A stretch of 24,943 nucleotides of DNA from a virus (Duplodnaviria > Caudoviricetes): positions 1 through 24,943 of IMG/VR virus record IMGVR_UViG_3300017722_000334, one strand, 5' to 3'. Positions 1 through 8,031 of this stretch are shown here, piece by piece. The notes below the pieces were generated by a model. That model saw only the letters and a program-made list of their open reading frames with translations, was not told the DNA's origin and searched no databases. Position 1 is the stretch's first letter. Each line of letters begins with the position of its first letter. The position numbers were made by a program, and so were the translations under genes.

Positions 1-837
1 CCACAACTAGCATTACACTTACATAAAGAAGAAGACAAAAAGAAACCAGCATTCGTAGACGAACCTTACGCCATCTTTGAGAAATATGATGGTTGGTATG
101 GTTACTTTGACTCACGAGATAAAGTAATCAGAAGTCGTAACGGGCGAGCAGTACCTTCAGTGGAACATCTAATTCCATTGCTAGAAGGTCATGTAAACAC
201 TGGTATCTTGATCTTTGAAATTCTGTTAACTGACATTAAAGAGTTCTCAGTACTAAATGGTATCTTGAACCGTAAGGCCAAAGCAGAGAATGCTTACCTA
301 CGTGTACATGACTACTATGACTTAGTAGACCGAGGTGCAAACTTATCACCGCGTATGGCGAAAGCCTACCAGATTGTAGACAACATAGGTTCACCTTCAG
401 TACTTGCAGCACCTATCCTTGGTGTAACTCGTGACTTAGATGCGTGGAAACGTAAAGCAGTAGAGGTGTGGGAATATGGTGCAGAAGGTATTATCCTGAA
501 AGCATTGAACTCACCATACGCAGAAGGTAAGCGTAACGCAGGTCTGATGAAAATCAAGATGGAAGTTACAGTAGACTTATTAGTAGTGAGCTTAGTACGG
601 GGCGATGGTAAATACGCAGGTACATTAGGCGCATTACGTTGTGTAGACAAAGCTGGTAACGTACACATGATTAGTGGTATGTCCGATACACAAAGAAAAG
701 AGTGGTGGGACACACCTAGCTTAATCGTTAAACGTATTGTAGAAGTACAGGCAATGTGCGTACTGAAGAATGGTAGTTTACGTGAGCCACGGTTCAAAGC
801 GGTACGTTACGACAAGACGGAAAAAGACATTGATTAG
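1..837 (+). CDS. ATP-dependent DNA ligase, 5'-truncated by the window edge
   Basis: Frame 1 is open from base 1 (PQLALHLHKEEDKKKPAFVDEPYAIFEKYDGWYGYFD...), so the track start at 160 is internal. Adenylation motif I KYDG is at 82-93. Also present: motif IV EGIILK, motif V LMKIK, OB-fold GKYAGTLGAL and motif VI LREPRFKAVRYDK. Confidence 0.93.
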   Translation, partial: PQLALHLHKEEDKKKPAFVDEPYAIFEKYDGWYGYFDSRDKVIRSRNGRAVPSVEHLIPLLEGHVNTGILIFEILLTDIKEFSVLNGILNRKAKAENAYLRVHDYYDLVDRGANLSPRMAKAYQIVDNIGSPSVLAAPILGVTRDLDAWKRKAVEVWEYGAEGIILKALNSPYAEGKRNAGLMKIKMEVTVDLLVVSLVRGDGKYAGTLGALRCVDKAGNVHMISGMSDTQRKEWWDTPSLIVKRIVEVQAMCVLKNGSLREPRFKAVRYDKTEKDID

Positions 838-1213
838 ACAACTCAAGACCAACGAGGTCGCGAGTATCTTATCACAAATGGTCAAGAAGCAAGATAACAA
901 ATGTGCTATCTGTGGACAGTATTTCACGCAACGTGACTATGCTGTACTTGACCATAACCACGACACAGGCTTCATCCGAGGCGCATTGCATAACTCATGT
1001 AATGGTACGGAAGGTAAGATAAAGGTTAGAGCGAAGTTCGGACATTCTGGTGTATCCTCTGAGAACTACTTGATAGGTTTAGGTAAGTACTTAGAGCAAC
1101 ATAAGACACCACGATGGAACTTCATTCACCCGTTACACCTATCGGATGACGAGAAGCGGTTAGTACGTAATAAGAAAGCTCGTGTAACTAGAGCAAAGGC
1201 AAAGACCAAATGA
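830..1213 (+). CDS. Recombination endonuclease VII (T4 gp49-like Holliday junction resolvase family)
   Basis: CAIC ... VLDHNHDTGFIRGALHNSCN matches the endo VII zinc / His-Me signature, followed by a basic C-terminal tail. The likely start is TTG at 830, overlapping the ligase stop; the track start at 770 lies deep inside the ligase. The start is inferred. Confidence 0.85.
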   Translation: MIRQLKTNEVASILSQMVKKQDNKCAICGQYFTQRDYAVLDHNHDTGFIRGALHNSCNGTEGKIKVRAKFGHSGVSSENYLIGLGKYLEQHKTPRWNFIHPLHLSDDEKRLVRNKKARVTRAKAKTK

Positions 1214-3612
1214 ACGTAGAACAGCAGATAGAGTGGGAAGCAGAGTGCCTTGATAGAGGCAGTCAACGATATTACCAGAATCAAGAGAAGATGCGTGAGC
1301 ATGGGCAGTTAGAACAAACAGACGTAGTAAGTCACTTGTTCAGACAAAGGATTCGAGAGGTAGGTGACTACTTAGAGAAACAATCAGTAAACCGTAAAGG
1401 TGTAAACGGTGCATACAATGGCTTACTAGCCAGATGCGTAGTTGACAATGATTGGGGACGAGTAGCATACATCGGTGCACAGGCTGCGTTCCATGTGGTA
1501 ATGATTGGCACAAACAATACAATTATGAAACTCTGTCTGACTGTGGGTACTAGATTAGAAGCTGACTTGAAATGTCGGATGTTCGAGGCTAAGTACCCTG
1601 AATATTATCATACGGTAATGAAGTCGTTCAGAGATCAGAATGTCAGTGACTACAACCACAGACATAAAGTAATGATGAAGAAGTTTAACGACTTTGATCT
1701 TACGTGGAACGATTGGCGTGTAGAAGTAAAGATACACATCGGCCAGAGAGTAGTAGCCGCACTTATAGAGATATTCCATGATGTCCTGTACGTGAACATG
1801 AAGTGGGAAAAAGGGAAGTCAACATCAACCCTAGACACTACAGCAGAGTTCGATACATGGGCTAAAGAGTTTGAGAAGGAACGTGGATTCATGTTCCCGA
1901 TGCTATTACCATTGAAGGTTCCACCTAAGCAGTGGGAGTTAGATGGTAGTACGAGCGGTGGGTACTACACCCCAAGATTGATGGCAGCATTGCCGTTTAT
2001 CAAGACGAAAGGCAAAGACCATAAGGCGTGGGTAAGACAGCATCCAGCCGAAGGGCATAGACGTGCAGTGAATTCTTTGCAGAAAACTGCGTGGTGCATC
2101 AATGAAGATGTGCGACAAGTGCAAAGACAGATCTACATACGTGGACTCGCAATTGGTATGCCTAGCAACGTACCGTTGAAACCACCTGCATTTCCAGAGC
2201 ATCTTGAGAATATCAAGAAAGCGTTACTGACTGAGCAACAACAAGCAGAAATTACTGATTGGAAAATGTTAGCTAAGACAGCGTATGGAAATGAGCAGCA
2301 AAGGAAAGGGCAAGTACTAGCGTTCATGCAAGTACAGAAATTAGCCGAAGAACTTTCTACGTGGCCGGAGTTCTATTTTGCGTACAATTGCGACTTCCGA
2401 GGCCGTATATACTGCGCAACGTCTGGTCTTACACCACAAGGTGCAGACACAGCCAAAGGGTTATTGCGATTCAAAGAGGGTGTAGTACTCGGTGCAAGTG
2501 GACTAAGATGGTTAGCTATTCATGGTGCTAACACATTCGGTGTGGACAAAGTTCCATACGACGATAGAGTTAAATGGGTTAAAGACAATAAGGTGTTTAT
2601 TCAGCAAGTTGTAGAGGATCCAATCTCATATCGTAGCTTTTGGGGTAATGCAGACAAACCATATCAGTTCTTAGCATTCTGTTTTGAATGGGCTAGAACA
2701 GACTATGGTAACAACGACCAAGTGCTTGGTTATCTACCAGTAGGTTTAGACGGTAGCTGTAATGGACTACAGCACTACTCGGCAATGTTACGTGATCCTG
2801 TAGGAGCAAAGGCAACAAACCTTTGTCCAACAGATAGACCACAAGACATTTATCAAGAAGTGGCAAATGTTACTATCGCTAAACTAAAGTTGATGGATGA
2901 CCCACGAGCGAGGAAGTGGTTACAGGTCGGAGTGACAAGGAGTTGCGCAAAGCGGCCTGTAATGACTTTACCTTATGGCGCTACACAATCATCGGCACGT
3001 ATGTACGTGTTGGAGTATGTGATAGACAATTGGGCTAAGTTCGAATTAGAAGAAAAGCATCGTTGGGAGTTTGCAAACTTCCTAACACCAATACTATGGG
3101 AGTCAATATCAGAAGTTGTCGTGGCAGCACGAGAAGGTATGGATTGGCTCCGAGGTAATGTAGGTAACAACTTCGTGAAGTGGGTAACGCCAGTTGGATT
3201 CCCTGTGTATCAGTTCTATAAGGACATGGTATTAGATAGGGTAAAATCACAAATCAGCGGAGTCTTACGATTGTGTTATGTAAATATGGACGGATCAAAT
3301 ATAGCAAAACCTGCGTTACAACGTAGTGGAGTAGCACCAAACTTCGTTCATAGTATGGATAGCACACATCTAGTAATGACTGTAAACCGTGTGGATCTTC
3401 CAGCGTATGCCATGATACACGATGATTTCGGTACACATGCAGGTAACATACATAAGTTATTCCCAGCAATTAGAGAGTCGTTCTATGAGTTATACTCAAA
3501 GCATGACCCACTGAAAGACTGGGCATTACATAACAATGTTACAACACCACCACCGAAGTTAGGTACATACAACTTAGAGGATATAATCAATGCAGATTAC
3601 TTCTTCGGGTAA
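1210..3612 (+). CDS. Single-subunit T7/T3-type DNA-directed RNA polymerase (800 aa)
   Basis: Motifs seen: DFRGRIY, motif A LDGSCNGLQHY, motif B RSCAKRPVMTLPYG, GFPVYQFY specificity-loop entry, APNFVHSMD, motif C MIHDDFGTH and C-terminal DYFFG foot. ATGA overlap with endo VII. Confidence 0.98.
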   Translation: MNVEQQIEWEAECLDRGSQRYYQNQEKMREHGQLEQTDVVSHLFRQRIREVGDYLEKQSVNRKGVNGAYNGLLARCVVDNDWGRVAYIGAQAAFHVVMIGTNNTIMKLCLTVGTRLEADLKCRMFEAKYPEYYHTVMKSFRDQNVSDYNHRHKVMMKKFNDFDLTWNDWRVEVKIHIGQRVVAALIEIFHDVLYVNMKWEKGKSTSTLDTTAEFDTWAKEFEKERGFMFPMLLPLKVPPKQWELDGSTSGGYYTPRLMAALPFIKTKGKDHKAWVRQHPAEGHRRAVNSLQKTAWCINEDVRQVQRQIYIRGLAIGMPSNVPLKPPAFPEHLENIKKALLTEQQQAEITDWKMLAKTAYGNEQQRKGQVLAFMQVQKLAEELSTWPEFYFAYNCDFRGRIYCATSGLTPQGADTAKGLLRFKEGVVLGASGLRWLAIHGANTFGVDKVPYDDRVKWVKDNKVFIQQVVEDPISYRSFWGNADKPYQFLAFCFEWARTDYGNNDQVLGYLPVGLDGSCNGLQHYSAMLRDPVGAKATNLCPTDRPQDIYQEVANVTIAKLKLMDDPRARKWLQVGVTRSCAKRPVMTLPYGATQSSARMYVLEYVIDNWAKFELEEKHRWEFANFLTPILWESISEVVVAAREGMDWLRGNVGNNFVKWVTPVGFPVYQFYKDMVLDRVKSQISGVLRLCYVNMDGSNIAKPALQRSGVAPNFVHSMDSTHLVMTVNRVDLPAYAMIHDDFGTHAGNIHKLFPAIRESFYELYSKHDPLKDWALHNNVTTPPPKLGTYNLEDIINADYFFG

Positions 3613-3631
3613 GGGCATCACTACGATGCCC
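3613..3631 (+). promoter_or_regulatory. GC-rich hairpin immediately after the RNAP stop, covering the start codon of the next gene
   Basis: Perfect inverted repeat GGGCATC-actac-GATGCCC. The 3' arm contains ATG 3626 and the 5' arm contains part of the SD-like AAGGG. There is no U-tract. Function is inferred. Confidence 0.5.
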
Positions 3632-3790
3632 ACTATTCCGATTAATGAACAACTAGTATTAATGCTAGAGACTATGTTCAAGCCTTTAGTAGTTACACCA
3701 GAGACTAGTATTAACGCAGTTATGTTCAATGCTGGTCAGCAGGCAGTAATCCGACTTCTGAGAATGCACTATGAAAAGCATAGTCAGTAG
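3626..3790 (+). CDS. Small conserved phage protein (phiKMV gp27-like first late gene), ~54 aa
   Basis: MPTIPINEQLVLMLETMFKP...VMFNAGQQAVIRLLR resembles the 'LE..FP...I.F.AG...VV' small protein found after RNAP in phiKMV-like phages. AAGGG precedes ATG 3626. The track start at 3590 overlaps RNAP. Confidence 0.65.
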   Translation: MPTIPINEQLVLMLETMFKPLVVTPETSINAVMFNAGQQAVIRLLRMHYEKHSQ

Positions 3791-4262
3791 ACGGACACAG
3801 CGGCGTAGAGAACAAATCTTAGACTTACAGGCCACTTGTAAGAAACAAGAGCAAATTGACGTACCAATACAACACTACTTTGCTAATGGTGTGTACGCAC
3901 GAGAAATGAGTTTACCCGCAGGAGTATTAATTGTTGGTAAAATACATAACTTTGAGAATTTATGCGTAATATCCAAAGGTAAGGTACGTGTAGTAACGGA
4001 CGAGGGTACAGCTGAACTATCAGCACCAGCCACGTTTGTAGGAAAGGCGGGTGTAAAGCGAGTAATCCTTGCGTTAGAAGACACAGTCTGGACAACATTC
4101 CATACATCAATAGATGATGATCTTGAGAAGATAGAACAACATCACATTGCTCCTAGTTACGAAGATTTCAAACTACTACAGGAGACACAACATGTCATGG
4201 TTAATTACCGCAGTGATAGCAACAACGACAGCATCAACAGTTGCAAATCAACAAGCGAATAA
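3771..4262 (+). CDS. Cupin-fold (double-stranded beta-helix) phage protein of unknown function
   Basis: HYFANGVYAREMSLPAGVLIVGKIHNFENLCVISKGKVRV...APATFVGKAGVKRVILALEDTVWTTFH follows the two-motif cupin barrel pattern. Confidence 0.75.
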   Translation: MKSIVSRRTQRRREQILDLQATCKKQEQIDVPIQHYFANGVYAREMSLPAGVLIVGKIHNFENLCVISKGKVRVVTDEGTAELSAPATFVGKAGVKRVILALEDTVWTTFHTSIDDDLEKIEQHHIAPSYEDFKLLQETQHVMVNYRSDSNNDSINSCKSTSE

Positions 4263-4452
4263 ACGTGCTAATAAGAAAGCACAAAAGCAAGCCTTACAGG
4301 ATAAGATTGATGCACGTAAAGCTGAGGTCTTCGCGGAGACTGAAGGTGAGGGTGTAGGTAGTTTAGGTAAGGTGTCATTAGGTATTAATGACGAAGTAGA
4401 TGAAGAGAAAGAACTGACCAAACAAGGTAAGTCAAAGGTGCGCCTATCATGA
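4192..4452 (+). CDS. Small virion/assembly protein (positional equivalent of T7 gp7.3 / phiKMV gp29), ~86 aa
   Basis: SD AGGAG at about 4180-4184 precedes ATG 4192 (MSWLITAVIATTTASTVANQQANKRANKKAQKQ...). It has a hydrophobic N-terminus, a charged low-complexity body and a basic end (KQGKSKVRLS), and lies directly before the portal. Confidence 0.65.
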   Translation: MSWLITAVIATTTASTVANQQANKRANKKAQKQALQDKIDARKAEVFAETEGEGVGSLGKVSLGINDEVDEEKELTKQGKSKVRLS

Positions 4453-5990
4453 CAAAAGATCAGCTAGAAGCACAACATCTATCTGGAGACTTTAAGTTAA
4501 AGGGTGAGTTCATGGCTGGTTCGACATACCGAGAATCAGTTATCTCACGTTGTGAAGTATATGCAGGCTGGACAATACCATCTGTATTCCCAGTAGCAGA
4601 AATTAACGACAGTACAGAACAGCAAGGCGATTACCAATCAGTAGGCGCTCAAGCAGTAACAAACTTATCTAACAAGATAATGATGGCATTGTTCCAACCA
4701 TCCAAACCATTCTTCCGTATCAACCTCAGCAATGAGGAACGGAACAAGGTAATGGGCGAGAGTGGGTTAACATCCGCACAAGTAGATGCAGCGTTAGCAG
4801 AAGCAGAGCGTGAAGCTATGCGTGAGTTAGAGGCAATCAATGCTCGTGTAGTAATGAATGATGTAATGCAACAATTGATCATCACAGGCAATACAGTATT
4901 GTACATGCCAGATGACGGTGATCGAAAGTTACAGTCTTACAGCTTACGTGACTTTGCTATTAAGCGAGACTTACGTGGTAACATGATTAAGTTGATCATT
5001 CGGGAAGTTAAGCAAGTATTAGCTTTACCAGATGAATTAGCAGCAACAGCACGTGCACACGGTTACAATGATAAAGACGAAGTTAGTATCTACACAGGTG
5101 TCTGTCGTTACGATGACGAGAAATATGTAGTTTGGCAAGAGTTGGAATCAGTAGCGTACGCACATACTAACGTAGGTAAGTACACGAAAGACACATTACC
5201 TTGGCTGCCGTTAACATGGAACTTAGTACGTAACAACGACTATGGCTCTGGCTTAGTAGAGACTTACGCAGGGGACTTCCACACATTGTCAACATTAGCT
5301 GAGACAATCTTAGACTTTACAACTGTAGTAACAGACGTTAAGTTCTTAGTGAATCCAGCGGGTATGACAGACCCTAAAGTATTGAACCAAGCAAAGTCAG
5401 GTTCATATGTACATGGGTTAGAGACAGACATCTTTGTATTAACTGCAAACGTAACAGATGCAACTAACTTCTTAACTAACCAGTTCGAGAGTGTATCACG
5501 GCGTATTGGTGCAGGTTTCCTTCTGAACACATTAGTAACGCGACAAGCGGAACGTGTGACAGCAGAAGAAATCAAGATGCAAGCACATGAGTTAGAATCA
5601 TCACTAGGTGGTGTATACTCACGGTTAGCGTCAGAGTTACAGATACCATTAGCGAAACGGTTATTAAAGAAACTGAATAAGGCGTTTGCTAACGTCAAAC
5701 CAGTAATCGTAACAGGTTTAGAATCACTATCGAGAAACAGTGAACTAGACAACTTACGAGCCTTCTTCCAAGACCTTATCTCATTGGCAGATGTACCTCA
5801 ACAAGTATCAGCACGTATCGACTACAACAACTTGATTGCAACATTAGGTGCAGGTCATGGCGTAGCATTTGAGAAGTTCTTGAAAGATGAGAAGACAGCG
5901 CAAGCAGATATGGCGAAGGCTGCACAAGCTCAGGCTCAGGCGGCAGGTATGGAAGCTGGAGCAATCGAATCAGCGAAAGGAAATGTATGA
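4449..5990 (+). CDS. Head-tail connector (portal) protein, T7 gp8-like
   Basis: Motifs YAGWTIPSVFP, QSVGAQAVTNLSNKIMMALF, YGSGLVETYAGDF, RQAERVTAEEI and LGGVYSRLASELQIPL; 513 aa; synteny. Confidence 0.95.
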   Translation: MTKDQLEAQHLSGDFKLKGEFMAGSTYRESVISRCEVYAGWTIPSVFPVAEINDSTEQQGDYQSVGAQAVTNLSNKIMMALFQPSKPFFRINLSNEERNKVMGESGLTSAQVDAALAEAEREAMRELEAINARVVMNDVMQQLIITGNTVLYMPDDGDRKLQSYSLRDFAIKRDLRGNMIKLIIREVKQVLALPDELAATARAHGYNDKDEVSIYTGVCRYDDEKYVVWQELESVAYAHTNVGKYTKDTLPWLPLTWNLVRNNDYGSGLVETYAGDFHTLSTLAETILDFTTVVTDVKFLVNPAGMTDPKVLNQAKSGSYVHGLETDIFVLTANVTDATNFLTNQFESVSRRIGAGFLLNTLVTRQAERVTAEEIKMQAHELESSLGGVYSRLASELQIPLAKRLLKKLNKAFANVKPVIVTGLESLSRNSELDNLRAFFQDLISLADVPQQVSARIDYNNLIATLGAGHGVAFEKFLKDEKTAQADMAKAAQAQAQAAGMEAGAIESAKGNV

Positions 5991-6817
5991 CAGTAGAACA
6001 GAAGCCTGAACAAGCACCTACGGGTGTACAGGAAAAGCCTAGTCCAAATGACAATTACGCGAGTAATCCGTTACTAGATGAAAATGGCAACCCAAAAGAA
6101 CAAGCACCACAAGTTGATGTTGCCACTAATAAGGACGTAACACCTACTGAAGAACAACCAGTAGATGACGAACCAGAGGTAATTGCCGACACTCCAGCAT
6201 GGACGAACATGTCTAGTTTGGAGAAGCTAGAGAAGTTCTTATCCGAAGCAAAGTTAAAGCCGTCGGATGTAGCGAAAGCTGTAGCTGAAAATGGTGGTAA
6301 GATTACACCAGAGATTTTAAAAGCGTTAGAAGAAAAGAACGGTGCAGGTGTAGCAGCTTTAATTGCAGACCAGATTGTACAAGTTCACAAAGAAAGTGTA
6401 GAACATGTAAAAGCTCGTGACGCAGCAGCATTCAAGATTCTGGAAACAGAGTTTAATGGTATGACTACACAGTCTGGAGAAGAGACGTTCAAAGAGTTGA
6501 AGACGTGGGCAATGACCAACGTACCAAAAGCAGAACGTGCTGAACTAGACACAATGTTACAGAGTGGCGGTTTGCCAATGCAACTTGCACTAAAGCATTT
6601 AGCAACTCAGTTTAAAGAAACAGCAAATGTAACAGTACCAGCTGGATTAGTTGGTGGTGATCGAGTGTCAAACAGTAGCGACTTCGTACCTATCTCTAAA
6701 ACAGAATACACAACCAAATTACGTGAACTTGAGAAGAAAGGGCACGTATATGGGCAATCACAAGAAATGGCCAAACTTGATCGTCAGCGGAATGCAGGCA
6801 TTAAGCGCGGTATTTAA
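5987..6817 (+). CDS. Capsid scaffolding protein, T7 gp9-like
   Basis: Lies between portal and capsid genes. Acidic Pro/Gln-rich N-terminus, helical body, and a C-terminus LDRQRNAGIKRGI typical of phiKMV/SP6-type scaffolds. Confidence 0.85.
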   Translation: MTVEQKPEQAPTGVQEKPSPNDNYASNPLLDENGNPKEQAPQVDVATNKDVTPTEEQPVDDEPEVIADTPAWTNMSSLEKLEKFLSEAKLKPSDVAKAVAENGGKITPEILKALEEKNGAGVAALIADQIVQVHKESVEHVKARDAAAFKILETEFNGMTTQSGEETFKELKTWAMTNVPKAERAELDTMLQSGGLPMQLALKHLATQFKETANVTVPAGLVGGDRVSNSSDFVPISKTEYTTKLRELEKKGHVYGQSQEMAKLDRQRNAGIKRGI

Positions 6818-6829
6818 TAAGGAAAAGAC

Positions 6830-7924
6830 ATGTCTATTTTAGGCCAACCAACAGCAGCACAACCAACACGTCCAGGTCATCAGGCCGGTATTAACTCCGG
6901 TGAGATTAACCCGTTATACATTGAGCAATACGGTGGTGAGGTCGAACATCGCTTCTTGAAAGATTCTTTCATGCGACAGTTCTTCAACTTCAAGTCAGTG
7001 CGTGGTACAGACACCATTACTAACTCACGTATCGGTTCAACCGACTTACAGAAAGTTGCTCGTGGTATTCGTCCGACTGACTCAGCGCCAACATTCGATA
7101 ACATTTCAGTAAAAGTCGATACTATGGTATTGGCACGTACTACACAGTTCGTACTGGATGACTTCCTGTCACATATTGATGTGCGTAAAGAGGTAGGTAT
7201 CGAGCATGGTAAGACAATTGGTAAGTTCTTCGATGAATCATTCATTGTACAAGCTATCAAAGCCTGTCAAATCACCAACTTAGACCCAGCAGGTAATAAC
7301 CGTGGTGGTTGGGCAGATGCTTACAACCCAGCGTCCCATGCGAAACCAGCGAACATTATCCGTACTGCACCGAAAGATTTCAAGGGTGGTACTGTAGTAG
7401 TATTATCTGGTGCAAATGACGACAAAGATCCTGAGTTGTTAGAACGCTCTATCCAAGATCTGTGCCAACGTATCGAAGAGAAAGACGTTGACATTTCAGA
7501 AGCAGTGTTGTTAATGCGCCCAGAGCAGTATTACACCCTGTTGAAGAACAACAAGTTACTAGACCGTGACTATTCATCTGCAAATGGTGATTATTCTAAA
7601 GGTAAAGTAATGATGGCTAATGGTGTACGTGTACAAGTTACAAACCGTTTCCCAGTAACAGCAGATGTAGGTCAAACCCACTTCCTGTCAAACGCTGGTA
7701 ACGGTAATGCTTACAACGTAACAACTCCAGATGTTAACTGTAAAGTTCTTCTGTTGATGCCAAAAGCATTGTTAGCAGGTGAAACAATTCCATTGACTTC
7801 GAAAGTTCATTACTCAGATATTGAGCTTCAGTGGTTCATTGATTCATACTTAGCGTATGGCGTAACACCAAATCGTGCAGAGATGGCTGGCGGTATCTTC
7901 CGCGCTACTCCAAACGTAACCTAA
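6830..7924 (+). CDS. Major capsid protein, T7 gp10-like
   Basis: Motifs LYIEQYGGEVE, SVRGTDTITNSRIG, VKVDTMVLAR, EHGKTIGKFFDESF and WFIDSYLAYGVTPNRAE. SD TAAGGA at 6818-6823. Confidence 0.95.
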   Translation: MSILGQPTAAQPTRPGHQAGINSGEINPLYIEQYGGEVEHRFLKDSFMRQFFNFKSVRGTDTITNSRIGSTDLQKVARGIRPTDSAPTFDNISVKVDTMVLARTTQFVLDDFLSHIDVRKEVGIEHGKTIGKFFDESFIVQAIKACQITNLDPAGNNRGGWADAYNPASHAKPANIIRTAPKDFKGGTVVVLSGANDDKDPELLERSIQDLCQRIEEKDVDISEAVLLMRPEQYYTLLKNNKLLDRDYSSANGDYSKGKVMMANGVRVQVTNRFPVTADVGQTHFLSNAGNGNAYNVTTPDVNCKVLLLMPKALLAGETIPLTSKVHYSDIELQWFIDSYLAYGVTPNRAEMAGGIFRATPNVT

Positions 7925-7925
7925 G

Positions 7926-7974
7926 TAGTAATACTTTAGAGTACATCTTCGGGTGTACTCAATAAGTGTTATTA
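7926..7974 (+). promoter_or_regulatory. Long interrupted stem-loop with C(UUCG)G tetraloop; candidate RNase III / mRNA-stability element
   Basis: Upper stem GAGTACATC-ttcg-GGTGTACTC (7939-7960). Lower stem TAGTAATACTT (7926-7936) pairs with AAGTGTTATTA (7964-7974) using G:U pairs, separated from the upper stem by a small internal loop. Confidence 0.55.
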
Positions 7975-7983
7975 AACACTAAG

Positions 7984-8017
7984 ATAGCCGGTTCGCTGGC
8001 TATACCTTTTTTCTTTT
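7984..8017 (+). terminator. Intrinsic terminator after the major capsid gene (T-phi equivalent position)
   Basis: ATAGCCGG-ttcg-CTGGCTAT hairpin (7984-8003), then ACC and TTTTTTCTTTT. Confidence 0.8.
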
Positions 8018-8031
8018 GCAAAGGAAACAAC

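Noticed and set aside
830-1213. Endo VII as a mobile homing endonuclease or intron-associated element
   Set aside because: The flanking ligase and RNAP genes are uninterrupted, and endo VII is a normal resolvase gene in phiKMV-type replication modules. Mobility cannot be supported from this window.
3620-3640. TACGATGCCCACTATT resembles the T7 promoter core TACGACTCACTATA
   Set aside because: The spacing differs by 2 nt, there is no purine-rich initiation site, and I saw no second copy before other late genes. It is probably coincidental.
6651-6842. 63-aa + strand ORF overlapping the scaffold 3' end
   Set aside because: It is an alternative frame inside the scaffold gene with no motif or convincing SD.
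7885-7960. Possible T7 gp10B-like programmed frameshift extension of the capsid
   Set aside because: No slippery sequence is evident near the capsid stop, and the short hairpin-filled intergenic region leaves no room for an extension domain.
7966-8031. Track's N-terminal extension of tail tubular protein A
   Set aside because: It runs through the terminator hairpin and U-tract. The SD and family N-terminus support ATG 8032.
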